Assembly (NCBI GenBank): GCA_963753975.1
Contig: CAVWEH010000002.1
Coordinates: 640,001 to 704,000, forward strand
Source: an uncultured delta proteobacterium
GTDB taxonomy: Bacteria; Desulfobacterota; Syntrophia; Syntrophales; Smithellaceae
DNA length: 64,000 bases
Direction of reading: 5' to 3'
Translations under genes and position numbers: made by a program
Shown here: positions 22,533 to 32,762 of the stretch, piece after piece
Layout of the letters: the number at the start of each line of letters is the position of its first letter
Position numbering within the stretch: the first letter of the stretch is position 1
Notes under the pieces: generated by a model
The model's input: the letters and a program-made list of their open reading frames with translations, nothing else
Told to the model about the DNA's origin: nothing
The model's database searches: none

Positions 22533-22784
22533 ATGCCCCAGAGAGTTAAAATGTTTACATTGAGCACATGTAGTCATTGTAAAGCAGCAAAGAAATTCAT
22601 GAACGATAACGGCATTACCTATGATTGCACTGATGTTGATTTGCTTCAAGGCGCCGAAAAGGAAAATATTTTACGGGAAGTTATGAAATATAATCCTAAT
22701 AAATCTTTTCCTACTATTATCATTGGCGATAAAATAATTGTCGGCTATAGAGAAAGTGATATCAGGGAAGCATTAGGTCTTTAA
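22533..22784 (+). CDS. Glutaredoxin/NrdH-like redoxin
   Basis: TLSTCSHC, SFPTIIIG, IIVGY. Confidence 0.88.
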   Translation: MPQRVKMFTLSTCSHCKAAKKFMNDNGITYDCTDVDLLQGAEKENILREVMKYNPNKSFPTIIIGDKIIVGYRESDIREALGL

Positions 22785-23116
22785 TGACTGCCGACGAACT
22801 TTATGACATCTTAAAAAAGGTTCAAGAGCCCAAAGGCTATTTCTTCAATAAAGATAAAGACCGGGTCTTGGATATTTTGCGTGACCTCTTGGTCAATAAA
22901 GAACGCTATGGTTACATGTCCTGTCCTTGCCGTCTGGCTGCCGGAGATCGCGAAAAAGATCGGGATATTATCTGTCCTTGCTATTACCGTCAAGAAGACG
23001 TCAAAGAATACGGAAGTTGTTATTGCAACTTATACGTTTCCCGGGAATGGAATGACGGTAAAATCAAAAATAAATACGTGCCGGAAAGAAGACCAGCCGA
23101 AAAAATTAGTTTTTAG
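22784..23116 (+). CDS. Ferredoxin:thioredoxin(glutaredoxin) reductase catalytic subunit
   Basis: CPC, CPC and CYC motifs; TAATG overlap with the redoxin gene. Confidence 0.88.
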   Translation: MTADELYDILKKVQEPKGYFFNKDKDRVLDILRDLLVNKERYGYMSCPCRLAAGDREKDRDIICPCYYRQEDVKEYGSCYCNLYVSREWNDGKIKNKYVPERRPAEKISF

Positions 23117-23278
23117 CCATTTGCTTTTGAACGGCAATATGCAAATTTTTTTGCAATTTTTCTTGATTTCTAAGAATTAATCATTATCCTTATTCAGGAT
23201 AAATATTTATATTGGCAAAAACAAATAAAGAAAAATAGATTTGGCAAACCTATTGAATACCAATGAGGGGTTAACTTC

Positions 23279-23563
23279 ATGATCAATATTTATAAGTGTA
23301 AGAAAAGAATGACTCTAATAGGCGAGGTATGCACTGACGGTACTTGCGAATGGCGCTTAAAAAACGAGACTTTTTTAAACTGCACATGGGTTGCCTGTAA
23401 TTATGGGCCGTTTACATTGGAGGAAGTAGGTGACATGATGGGAGTGACCCGTGAAAGAATCAGGCAAATCGAAGCAAAAGCTTTAAAGAAACTCCAACAC
23501 AAAAAGAGGAGAGATCAGCTAAAAGATTTTGCCGCACCGGGAAATGACTGGGATAATATATAG
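23279..23563 (+). CDS. Stand-alone sigma70 region-4 domain protein with Cys-rich N-terminus
   Basis: [37 protein letters not shown] resembles the RpoD C-terminus; no region 2; five Cys upstream. Confidence 0.8.
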   Translation: MINIYKCKKRMTLIGEVCTDGTCEWRLKNETFLNCTWVACNYGPFTLEEVGDMMGVTRERIRQIEAKALKKLQHKKRRDQLKDFAAPGNDWDNI

Positions 23564-23679
23564 ATTAATGTTATTGCTCCCGCTTAGTTACACTCACGGG
23601 ACAAATTTCAACGTGTGACTTCGTGTGACGTTCAGGTTATTAGGTTATGCGCTTCGTTTTTGAAATTCGAGTCTCATTA

Positions 23680-24453
23680 TTATTTTTGTTTTTTCTTGCG
23701 TGATTTTTCCAAAGACAACATTTCGTTCATTTGAACTTTGCGTTCATCACGGGCAAAGAGCAACGCGCATATCGACGATTCAATATCCAGTGCAGCCATC
23801 TTATCCATGCGCGGCACAATAGAACAAAGATTTTTTAATTCTTCGATGGCCTTCGCCGAACGTTTCGCTAACATTTCAGCCATGCTTTCCGCCACCTGCA
23901 TAAACTTCTCCGGGGGTGCAACTTTATTGACCAAACCGATTTTTAACGCTTCATTAGCACCAATAGGTTCACCCAGCATTACTATTTCTTTTGCTTTGGT
24001 TATACCGACAATTTGACTCAGGGGATAAAAAAAGGGGTTAAATCCAAATTTTAACTCCGGATGACAAAAAATAGCGCTCTCAGAGGCTACGACAAGGTCA
24101 CAAATAGTCACCAAATTAAAACCGCCGCCTAAGGCAATACCTCCTACAGCCGCGATTACCGGTTTTTTACACGAATATATCTTTTTCAAATACTTCATCA
24201 TTGATAAAAGAAATTCATCACCTTCCTCACTGGAGAGGCTAGACATTTCTTTTATGTCCATGCCTGCTGAAAAAACATATTCTCCACCGGTAAGAATTAT
24301 AACTCTAATTTCAGAGTCACCCTCCAAAGCGACAAAAACCGCATACAATTCCTGGCGCATTTCTTTGGAAATTGCGTTCATCTCATGGGGACGGTTTAAT
24401 TTAACGATAGCGTAACCATTTTTCTTTTCGATAATTATTGTTTTATAGTTCAT
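23680..24453 (-). CDS. Enoyl-CoA hydratase/isomerase family protein
   Basis: LNRPHEMNAIS, FSAGMDI, KPVIAAVGGIALGGG, PELKFG. Confidence 0.9.
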   Translation of the reverse strand: MNYKTIIIEKKNGYAIVKLNRPHEMNAISKEMRQELYAVFVALEGDSEIRVIILTGGEYVFSAGMDIKEMSSLSSEEGDEFLLSMMKYLKKIYSCKKPVIAAVGGIALGGGFNLVTICDLVVASESAIFCHPELKFGFNPFFYPLSQIVGITKAKEIVMLGEPIGANEALKIGLVNKVAPPEKFMQVAESMAEMLAKRSAKAIEELKNLCSIVPRMDKMAALDIESSICALLFARDERKVQMNEMLSLEKSRKKKQK

Positions 24454-24743
24454 CTCTTTTTATTTACCATCTCGCGCAGTTCTTTCCCCGTTTTGAAAAA
24501 TGGAACTTTTCTTTTTTCCAGTTTTACTTCGACGCCTGATTTTGGATTTCGTCCGAGACGCGGTTTTCTCTCTCTAATTGTAAAATTGCCAAAACCCCTT
24601 ATTTCAATACGCTCGCCATGTTTTATTGCTTTGATCATCGAATCAAATATTATGTTTACGGCGTAAGCCACATCTTTATATGAATAAGCTTTCAAATTCT
24701 CCTGCACTTCTTTGATTAAATCATTTTTGGTCATAACTTTCAC
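24450..24743 (-). CDS. ihfB: Integration host factor beta / HU-family protein
   Basis: MTKNDLI, GERIEIRGFGNF, GRNPKSG, PFFKTGKELR; lies after rpsA-sppA. Confidence 0.88.
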   Translation of the reverse strand: MKVMTKNDLIKEVQENLKAYSYKDVAYAVNIIFDSMIKAIKHGERIEIRGFGNFTIRERKPRLGRNPKSGVEVKLEKRKVPFFKTGKELREMVNKKR

Positions 24744-24746
24744 CGT

Positions 24747-25655
24747 TTATCTGTAAGGATAATATAAATAACTCACTCCGCTCCAACTTTCTATTCTTTC
24801 TTTCAGGGATTCGTTCAGTTGATTGGCCGCACTTTCCATTAAATAATCAAAGATTGATGCGCGCTTTTTGACGGGGTAAACCAAATCATATTTTCCATCT
24901 TTTCCCGCTAACTTACTGGCCAGTTTTGCCGCAAAACTCATATCCCCAAGATAATCTACCAGCCCATATTCTTTTGCCTTACGGCCTGTAAATACGCGGC
25001 CATCGGCAATTTGTATAACTTTAGCATGAGAAATCTTTCTTTCCCGCGCCACTACATCAACAAACTGATTATAAATGTCATCAACCAAATCTTGGATAAT
25101 TTTTTTCTCCTCGGGAGTCATATCTCTCAGCGGCGAACCGATGTCTTTAAACTTACCGCTCTTAACTACCGAGGATTTCAAACCGATTTTTTTGAGCAAT
25201 CCCTCGATATTGGCAAATTGCATAATTGCCGAAATACTGCCGGTGATGGTGCCCGGATTAGCCACAATTTTATCTGCTCCGCAAGCCACGAGCAATCCAC
25301 CCGATGCGGCAATTGAGCCCATAGATGCTACCACCTTCTTCTTTTTCTTTAATTCTAAAACAGCATCGTAAATTTCTTGAGACGCGGCCACCCCTCCGCC
25401 GGGAGAATCGACCCGCAAGATAACGGCAATAATGGAATCGTCTTTGCCAAACTCGTCTAACTGCTCCGTTATTTTTATGGAATCATAAATGGGACCATCT
25501 ACACTGACAACCCCAATTTTGTCACTCAAAGAAAAACCTTCACTTTTACTTGAATGTGAACCAACTTTATAGAAAAAAACATAAAACAAAATCCCTATGG
25601 CCAGAAGTATAATTACTCCCCAGATCGCCGGATGTTTTCTCATGTTTTTATTCAC
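24747..25655 (-). CDS. sppA: Signal peptide peptidase SppA (36K type)
   Basis: RVDSPGG, ASMGSIAASGG, TITGSI, KSGKFKD, ADGRVFTG. Confidence 0.92.
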   Translation of the reverse strand: MNKNMRKHPAIWGVIILLAIGILFYVFFYKVGSHSSKSEGFSLSDKIGVVSVDGPIYDSIKITEQLDEFGKDDSIIAVILRVDSPGGGVAASQEIYDAVLELKKKKKVVASMGSIAASGGLLVACGADKIVANPGTITGSISAIMQFANIEGLLKKIGLKSSVVKSGKFKDIGSPLRDMTPEEKKIIQDLVDDIYNQFVDVVARERKISHAKVIQIADGRVFTGRKAKEYGLVDYLGDMSFAAKLASKLAGKDGKYDLVYPVKKRASIFDYLMESAANQLNESLKERIESWSGVSYLYYPYR

Positions 25656-27417
25656 CTTTTTGATTATTAATCTTTACGTCGGCCAGGGCTTGACCTAAAT
25701 TGGATCCAATATTTTCCTGATTGTTTATGTATTGATTGGATGCCGGAGATGGTGCCGGAGCCTCCATTTCTTTTATGCTTAATCTAATTTTCTTGGCTCT
25801 AGGATCAATACTCTTCACTATGGCCGATACCGTGTCACCGATCGCATAAAGCTCCGATGAAGTCTTGACGCGTTTTTGGCTGATTTCGGAAATATGGACA
25901 AGACCTTCGATTCCTTCTTCAATCTCCACAAAGATTCCAAAATCCGTGAAGTTGGTTATTTTGCCTGTTACAACGCTGCCGGGAAGATACTTTTGAGATA
26001 ATTCATCCCAAGGGTTTTTCTCAATTTGTTTTATGCCCAGCGAAAATTTCTCGTTATCCACATCCACATTTAAAACTACGGCTTCAACTTCCTGCCCTTT
26101 TTTAAAATATTCGGAGGGGTGAGTTACCCTGTGCTTCCATGAAATATCCGATACATGTACCAGTCCGTCAATGCCCTCTTCGATTCCTACAAAGACTCCG
26201 AAATTAGTAATGTTTCTGACTACGCCTTTAACGGTTGTCCCTACTGGATATTTCTCTTTTAGTTTTTCCCAGGGATTTGGCGCCGTTTGCTTCAAGCTTA
26301 AAGAAATTCTCTTGGATTCCGGATTTACTTCCAAGACTATAACTTTTATTGTTTCGCCGATATTCAATACTTTGGAAGGATGTTTTATTTCTCGGGTCCA
26401 GTACATTTCGGATATATGGACTAATCCTTCGACGCCCGGTTCCAATTCCACAAAAACTCCATAATCAGTCAAATTGACGACTTTGCCTTCGATAATTAAA
26501 CCAACCGGATATTTTTTCAGAATTTGCTCCCATGGATTATCCGTTAACTGCTTTAAACCCAAAGAAACTCTCTCTTTCTCGCGATCAAAAGAAAGAACCC
26601 GGACGGTAATCTTCTCTCCTTTATGAAAACTTTCCGCAGGCTTGGCTATTCTGCCCCAGGAAATATCCGTAACATGAAGCAGTCCGTCAATGCCTCCCAA
26701 ATCAATAAAAATACCGTAATCGGTAATATTTTTTATCACACCTTCCACAATGTTTCCTTCTTGGATAGAACTCAAAATATCTTTCTTTTCCGTCTCTCTC
26801 TGCGAAGCTACAATTGGACGGCGCGACAAAACTACATTACTCCGTTTTCGGTCATATTTTAAAACTTTGAAATCCAAGGTTTTGCCGACAAACTTATCTA
26901 AATCTTTAATTGGACGGGTATCAACCTGAGAACCGGGAAGGAAGGCGATAATTCCAATATCAACCGAAAGGCCTCCTTTAACTTTTTCGACGACAGTGCC
27001 CTTGATGGAAATATTATTTTCGCAAGCTTTTTTAATTTCATCCCAGACTTTGAGTTTGGCTGCTTTATTTTTTGATAAGATTAAATTGCCGTCTGAATCT
27101 CTTTTATCAATAAATACTTCTATATCATCGCCAACGGAAAGATGAATATTTCCCTGGGCATCTTTCAGCTCCCCTATGGGAATAAAACCTTCGGTCTTCC
27201 AACCGACATCGACCATAACCGTATCGGCCGTGATTTGCACGACTTTACCCCTGGCAATATCTCCATATTGCAGTTGGTTAAGACTTTGCTCATAGAGTTC
27301 CTTGAATCCTAAATCATCTTCTTTAGGTTGAGATGGTGGACTAACCGAACCTTTAGCCGAAGAGTCTGCTTGAACCTCCTTTTTTTCTGTTAAGTTTAAG
27401 TTATTATTGTTAACCAT
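25648..27417 (-). CDS. rpsA: 30S ribosomal protein S1
   Basis: Six S1 repeats, AFLPGSQVD, DGLLHVTDISW, EGLVHISE. Confidence 0.97.
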   Translation of the reverse strand: MVNNNNLNLTEKKEVQADSSAKGSVSPPSQPKEDDLGFKELYEQSLNQLQYGDIARGKVVQITADTVMVDVGWKTEGFIPIGELKDAQGNIHLSVGDDIEVFIDKRDSDGNLILSKNKAAKLKVWDEIKKACENNISIKGTVVEKVKGGLSVDIGIIAFLPGSQVDTRPIKDLDKFVGKTLDFKVLKYDRKRSNVVLSRRPIVASQRETEKKDILSSIQEGNIVEGVIKNITDYGIFIDLGGIDGLLHVTDISWGRIAKPAESFHKGEKITVRVLSFDREKERVSLGLKQLTDNPWEQILKKYPVGLIIEGKVVNLTDYGVFVELEPGVEGLVHISEMYWTREIKHPSKVLNIGETIKVIVLEVNPESKRISLSLKQTAPNPWEKLKEKYPVGTTVKGVVRNITNFGVFVGIEEGIDGLVHVSDISWKHRVTHPSEYFKKGQEVEAVVLNVDVDNEKFSLGIKQIEKNPWDELSQKYLPGSVVTGKITNFTDFGIFVEIEEGIEGLVHISEISQKRVKTSSELYAIGDTVSAIVKSIDPRAKKIRLSIKEMEAPAPSPASNQYINNQENIGSNLGQALADVKINNQKGE

Positions 27418-27533
27418 TAAACCGACACCCCCTAATTTTTATAAAGCTCTGTAAGTATTAAAATTTAACATACTCAATATTAAATAGCAACATAAATCCA
27501 GTGCATTCCCAAGCTCTGCAGTCTATATCCGGT

Positions 27534-28211
27534 CTATTTTACTAAAATATAACTTGCGACTTTCTCCACGACTTCTTCTGCGGACAAATCAGTGGAGTCA
27601 ATTATTATTGCTCCATCGGGAACTTTCAAAGGAGCAAGTTGTCTTTGTCCATCCTGCTTGTCTCTAGTAAGCATATCTTGTCGAACAAACTGATATTCAG
27701 CCACGTTACCTTTGCCTATAATTTCTTTGTATCTTCTTTTTATTCTTTCTTCTGTTCCGGCATCAAGATAAAATTTATAATCAGCATTCGGAAACACTAC
27801 CGAACCCATATCTCTGCCTTCTGCAACAAGACCACCGTGAACGCCAACCTCTCTCTGCAGGTTAAGCAGACTTTCTCGCACGACGGCATAAGTGGATATT
27901 CTGGAAGCAGCCAAACCTACTTCTTCGGTGCGTATTTTCTCCCCGACATCCTCTCCATCCACATATACATTTAATTTACCGTCAATGTATTTAAAAGCCA
28001 CCTTGGTGCGGGAACAAAGATCAGACAAGGCGGATTCGTCATCAATAGATATTTTTACCTGAAGCGCTTTATACGCCAATGCTCTATAAAGCGCTCCTGT
28101 ATCCAGATAAATGTAACCAAGTTTTTTTGCCACGGCTTTGCTTACCGTACTTTTACCGGCACCCGCCGGGCCATCTATAGTTATAATCTTTTTCTTTTCC
28201 ATATAACTCAA
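27534..28211 (-). CDS. cmk: Cytidylate kinase
   Basis: ITIDGPAGAGKSTV, YLDTGALYR, EGRDMGSVVFP. Confidence 0.96.
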   Translation of the reverse strand: MSYMEKKKIITIDGPAGAGKSTVSKAVAKKLGYIYLDTGALYRALAYKALQVKISIDDESALSDLCSRTKVAFKYIDGKLNVYVDGEDVGEKIRTEEVGLAASRISTYAVVRESLLNLQREVGVHGGLVAEGRDMGSVVFPNADYKFYLDAGTEERIKRRYKEIIGKGNVAEYQFVRQDMLTRDKQDGQRQLAPLKVPDGAIIIDSTDLSAEEVVEKVASYILVK

Positions 28212-28300
28212 CTCATTTGCGCATTCTTAATGCTCTAAAAGCAAGACTTGCCTTAAAAGATAATATAAGATAGAAAAGACCTTGTGATTGAAAACTGCTT

Positions 28301-29722
28301 ATGCGTAAACTAATTCAAAATCAATACATTTCTTTTGTTTTTGCCCTCTTCATCTTGTTGTTTTTCACCAACATTTGCTTGGCCGAATTCACTATCGATG
28401 ATGAAAAAAAACTGGGCAAAGAGTTTTATGATAAATTGGAAAAAAATCATTTTCTCCTTGAAAATAAACAACTTAACAGTTATATCACCAGTATCGGCAA
28501 TTTAGTTCTGGCGCAAAGTCATAAAGCGCCCTTTGATTTCCATTTTTCAATTGTGAATAGTTCGGCCATAAACGCTTTTGCCACACCCGGCGGGTATATT
28601 TACGTTCATAAAGGTCTGATTAATGCCGTGGAAAACGAAGCAGAGCTGGCCGGAGTTATTGCTCATGAAATCGGCCATGCCAATGCCCGGCATGTTGCCA
28701 GCATAATTGAAAAATCACAAAAATTGAATATCGCCACACTGGCCGCTATTATCGCCGGCGCCTTCTTGGGCGGCGGCGGAGAAGCCACCGCCGCTATTGC
28801 TGCTTTTTCGGTAGCCGGCGCCAGCAGCCTAACATTGAAATATCAGCGGGAGCATGAAGAAGAAGCCGACCGGCTGGGAATAAATTACCTGGCAAGCGCC
28901 GGTTACTATCCGGCAGCAATGGTCGATTTTCTTAAGGTGATAAAAAAATATGAGTTTTTATCCAAGACCATTCCTTCCTATTTACTAACACACCCGGGCA
29001 CTGATGACCGCATTTTTTATTTGGACAGTCTTATTCTGACCCAATACCGGCAGAAAGGAGCAAAAAAAATAGTAGGCAACTTAATGAGAATGCAAACATT
29101 GATTCCTTTAGATGAAGCTGATCTGAATGCGCGACAAAGGCAACTGACAGAGGCGTTAACCAAGGAACCGAAGAATGTCGATTTACTTTATGCCTTGGCC
29201 TCAACCGAAGATGATCTCGACCAAACAAGTTTAGCGCTCGAACATCTGCAAAACGCTCTTAGTTTGTCGCCGCGGGACGAAGATGTTTTAAAAAATATCG
29301 GTCTGCTTTATCTAAAAATGGGCAAAATTGATCAGGCAGAGATATACCTCCAAAGAGCTGCCAGTATAAATCCTAACAACGATGAAATTACTCTTGCTTT
29401 AGGTAATACTTATTTTGCTTCGGGTAATTATCAAAGCGCTCTTAACAGCTATCTCAGGCTGAAAGATAAAACTTTTGATGATGATACTGATATAAATTAT
29501 CATATTGCCATGGCCTATGGAAAACTTAATAATCAAGGTGAGTCCCATTACTATTTCGGCTTATTTTTTAAAAAATCCCAGAAAAAGGAAAGCGCCCTTT
29601 TCCATTTCAAAGAAGCTCTTAATTATTTTCTGCAAGGTTCGGAACGATCGAATACAATTAATAATGAAATTAAAGAACTGAGTATGGATTCACCTCCACA
29701 GTCAAAAAGCAAATCGAAATGA
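28301..29722 (+). CDS. M48 metalloprotease with TPR repeats (BepA-like)
   Basis: INAFATPGG, AHEIGH, EEEADRLG, LLTHP, C-terminal TPRs. Confidence 0.9.
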   Translation: MRKLIQNQYISFVFALFILLFFTNICLAEFTIDDEKKLGKEFYDKLEKNHFLLENKQLNSYITSIGNLVLAQSHKAPFDFHFSIVNSSAINAFATPGGYIYVHKGLINAVENEAELAGVIAHEIGHANARHVASIIEKSQKLNIATLAAIIAGAFLGGGGEATAAIAAFSVAGASSLTLKYQREHEEEADRLGINYLASAGYYPAAMVDFLKVIKKYEFLSKTIPSYLLTHPGTDDRIFYLDSLILTQYRQKGAKKIVGNLMRMQTLIPLDEADLNARQRQLTEALTKEPKNVDLLYALASTEDDLDQTSLALEHLQNALSLSPRDEDVLKNIGLLYLKMGKIDQAEIYLQRAASINPNNDEITLALGNTYFASGNYQSALNSYLRLKDKTFDDDTDINYHIAMAYGKLNNQGESHYYFGLFFKKSQKKESALFHFKEALNYFLQGSERSNTINNEIKELSMDSPPQSKSKSK

Positions 29723-29847
29723 TGAAAAAAATAATCCGGTAATCTTATAATAAACTTTTCATTTTATAAAATCAGAGTTTAACCTTGACATTCAAACCCT
29801 CCCTGCCTATTTTAGAGTTGTAATTATGGGTTGAAAAGGAAAAGATT

Positions 29848-30048
29848 ATGCCGATTTACGAATTTTGCTGTAAAAAGTGTAAAAATATCTTTGAAACTTT
29901 GATCTTCTCAGCAGAAAAAGAAAAAAATCCTTCTTGCCCCAAGTGCAAAGCAAAAACAACTGAAAAGATAATGTCTGTTGTTGCCGGCGGGAAAGGCGAT
30001 TGTTCATCAGGCGCACCAACCTCTTCCTCACCGGGTTGAAGCAGCTAA
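29848..30048 (+). CDS. FmdB-family zinc-ribbon protein, probable selenoprotein (UGA at 30037 read as Sec)
   Basis: MPIYEFCCKKC..FE..CPKC; ...PG-TGA-AGC-AGC-TAA followed by a SECIS-like hairpin. Confidence 0.75.
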
Positions 30049-30051
30049 GAA

Positions 30052-30068
30052 AGCGTCAGGCTGACGCT
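30052..30068 (+). promoter_or_regulatory. Bacterial SECIS-like hairpin
   Basis: AGCGTC-AGGCT-GACGCT starting 12 nt after the UGA, G-containing loop. Confidence 0.55.
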
Positions 30069-30165
30069 AAGCCAACATTTGATCATTCTTTTACCATTGC
30101 GAAAAAAGAAACAATGCATTATAAGACTCCAACTTTAATATTTTTTAGGAAAGGAGTCTCTAAAA

Positions 30166-30837
30166 GTGAACATTTTAATTTTTGGCCCTAATGGCAGCGG
30201 CAAAGGAACTCAAGGTGCCGTAATACAAAAGAAATATGGCGTACCTCATATTGAAACCGGAGTTATCTTCCGGCAAAATATTTCCCAAAAAACTCCTCTG
30301 GGAGAAAAGGCAAAAGCATATATAGACCGGGGCGAATTGGTCCCTGATGATATCACCATTCCCATGATTTTAAACCGGCTGAAAGAAGCTGATTGCAAAA
30401 AAGGCTGGCTTCTCGACGGCTTTCCTCGCAATTTGGCTCAAGCCGAAGCTCTTTGGGAAGCGCTCCAAAAAGAGAAAATGAAACTCGACTATGTCATTGA
30501 AATCGATCTGGACCGCGAGACCGCGAAGAAGAGAATCATGGGTCGCAGGCTTTGTAAGAAAGATAACAACCATCCTAATAATATTTACATCGAGGCCATT
30601 AAACCTCGGGAACTAAACGGCAAAATGGTTTGCCGTGTTTGCGGCGAAGATCTTTCCACCCGCGCCGACGACCAGGACAGCGCCGCAATCGATAAGCGCC
30701 ATAATATTTACTACGATACCAAAACAGGCACTCTGGCTGCTGTCAATTATTTTAAGAAAAGAACAAAAGTGATTTCCGTCGACGGAAGCGCCGGGGTAAA
30801 AGAAGTTTCGGAAAAACTTTTAAAGAAACTTGCTTAA
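30166..30837 (+). CDS. adk: Adenylate kinase
   Basis: GPNGSGKGTQ, GELVPDD, GWLLDGFPR, RADD. Confidence 0.95.
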   Translation: MNILIFGPNGSGKGTQGAVIQKKYGVPHIETGVIFRQNISQKTPLGEKAKAYIDRGELVPDDITIPMILNRLKEADCKKGWLLDGFPRNLAQAEALWEALQKEKMKLDYVIEIDLDRETAKKRIMGRRLCKKDNNHPNNIYIEAIKPRELNGKMVCRVCGEDLSTRADDQDSAAIDKRHNIYYDTKTGTLAAVNYFKKRTKVISVDGSAGVKEVSEKLLKKLA

Positions 30838-30859
30838 GCTCCCAGGAAATATTCATCAT

Positions 30860-30894
30860 AAAAGCCCGCCGGTATTCATTGGAGGGCTTTTTTT
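30860..30894 (+). terminator. Intrinsic terminator after adk
   Basis: aaaagccc...gggcttttttt. Confidence 0.65.
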
Positions 30895-30905
30895 GACACA
30901 AAACT

Positions 30906-32702
30906 ATGGAAAACATTAGAAACTTCAGCATAATTGCCCATATCGATCACGGCAAATCAACGCTTGCCGACCGGCTGATTCAATTCACCGGAGTCTGCGA
31001 TGAAAGAAATTTTCAAGACCAAATTCTGGATAATATGGATATTGAGAGAGAACGCGGAATTACTATCAAGAGTAATGCCATATCCCTACCCTACCGTGCT
31101 CATGATGGAAAAGATTATATCCTGAACCTGATTGACACCCCGGGACACGTTGATTTTTCCTATGAGGTCTCTCGCTCACTGGCCTCCTGCGAAGGAGTTC
31201 TTCTCCTAATCGATGCCGCTCAGGGTGTGCAGGCCCAGACTTTGGCCAATCTTTATCTGGCCATGGAACACAACCTGGAAATTATACCCGTAATCAACAA
31301 GATAGACCTTCCTTCGGCCGATGTCGACCGTGTCCTGGAGCAAATTGAATCCGAGCTGGGCCTCGATCCGGATACTCACTTAAAGTGTTCGGCCAAGGAG
31401 GGAATAGGTATAGAAGAAATTCTCGAGGCAATCGTCAAGCGTATTCCGGCGCCGAAGGGCGATGCCGCCAGTCCATTAGCGGCATTGATTTTTGATGCTC
31501 ATTACGATTCATTTCGCGGCACGATCATTCACTGCCGCGTCTTTGAGGGAACACTCAAAAGCGGCGATATCATCAAATTTATGTCCAGCGGCGCAACCTA
31601 TAAAGTGGAAGAAGTGGGACACTTTCTTCTTACCCGCTCCAAACGTGATAAACTTTCCGCAGGCGAGGTCGGCTATATCATCGCCGGCGTTAAAACCGTC
31701 GCCGATGTGCGTACCGGCGATACGATTACTTTACAGAATAATCCCGCAGACCAGCCGCTACCTGGTTTTAAAGAAGTCAAGCCCGTAGTTTTTGCCTCCA
31801 TTTACCCCATCGCTTCCGACGATTATCAGGATTTAGCCGATTCGCTGGAAAAATATAAGCTCAATGATGCGTCGTTTATTTACGAAAAGGATTCTTCCGC
31901 CGCTCTGGGCCAGGGTTTCCGCTGCGGCTTTCTGGGGCTTCTTCACCTGGATGTGGTTCAGGAGCGCCTGGAAAGAGAGTTTAACCTTTCCATAATTCTT
32001 TCCGTCCCCAGTGTCCGTTACCGTTTCACGCTTAAAGACAGCTCCATCATTTATGTGGACAATCCCACCCATTATCCAGATTCGGCAGAAATAATCAAAG
32101 GCGAAGAGCCCTACATTCGCGCGTCAATGATGCTCCCCGAACGTTATCTGGGAGCAGTGATGAAACTGTGCATGGAAAAGCGCGGCGTCAATTCTACCCT
32201 TAATTATACCGGGCCGGGACGTGTAGAACTATCTTACGACATGCCGCTGGCCGAAGTCATTTACGATTTTTATGACCGTTTTAAATCGGTCACCCAGGGC
32301 TATGGGTCTTTTGACTATAATGTAATTGATTACCGCGAAAGCAATCTGGTTTTGATGGATATTCTGGTCAACGGCGAAAAAGTTGATGCTCTCTCCCAAA
32401 TTGTCCATCGGGACCGCGCCCGTGCCCGCGCCCTTCTGGCCTGTGAAAGATTGAAAGAAGAAATACCGCGCCAGATGTTTAAAATAGCCGTTCAAGGCGC
32501 TATCGGTTCGGAAATAATCGCGCGCAGCACCATCAGCGCCTTCCGCAAAGACGTGACGGCAAAATGTTACGGCGGCGATATCACCCGTAAGAGGAAGCTG
32601 CTCGAAAAACAAAAGGCCGGCAAGAAACGCATGAAGATGATCGGACAGGTCAGCATTCCGCAAAGCGCGTTTTTGGCGGTGCTGAAATCGGATACTGATT
32701 GA
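30906..32702 (+). CDS. lepA: Elongation factor 4
   Basis: IRNFSIIAHIDHGKSTLADR, GFRCGFLGLLH, RKDVTAKCYGGDITRKRKLLEKQK. Confidence 0.98.
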   Translation: MENIRNFSIIAHIDHGKSTLADRLIQFTGVCDERNFQDQILDNMDIERERGITIKSNAISLPYRAHDGKDYILNLIDTPGHVDFSYEVSRSLASCEGVLLLIDAAQGVQAQTLANLYLAMEHNLEIIPVINKIDLPSADVDRVLEQIESELGLDPDTHLKCSAKEGIGIEEILEAIVKRIPAPKGDAASPLAALIFDAHYDSFRGTIIHCRVFEGTLKSGDIIKFMSSGATYKVEEVGHFLLTRSKRDKLSAGEVGYIIAGVKTVADVRTGDTITLQNNPADQPLPGFKEVKPVVFASIYPIASDDYQDLADSLEKYKLNDASFIYEKDSSAALGQGFRCGFLGLLHLDVVQERLEREFNLSIILSVPSVRYRFTLKDSSIIYVDNPTHYPDSAEIIKGEEPYIRASMMLPERYLGAVMKLCMEKRGVNSTLNYTGPGRVELSYDMPLAEVIYDFYDRFKSVTQGYGSFDYNVIDYRESNLVLMDILVNGEKVDALSQIVHRDRARARALLACERLKEEIPRQMFKIAVQGAIGSEIIARSTISAFRKDVTAKCYGGDITRKRKLLEKQKAGKKRMKMIGQVSIPQSAFLAVLKSDTD

Positions 32703-32707
32703 ACAGT

Positions 32708-32736
32708 TGTCATTCCGGCGAAAGCCGGAATCCAGG
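32708..32736. repeat. Short palindromic REP-like repeat
   Basis: TGTCATTCCGGCGAAAGCCGGAATCCAG, stem TTCCGGC/GCCGGAA with GAAA loop. Confidence 0.6.
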
Positions 32737-32762
32737 ATTATCTAATTATTGACAAACATTCT

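Noticed and set aside
23241..23258. Sigma54-like promoter TTGGCAAACCTATTGAAT before the sigma-4 gene
   Set aside because: -12 element is GA rather than GC and the predicted start would crowd the RBS; too weak to call
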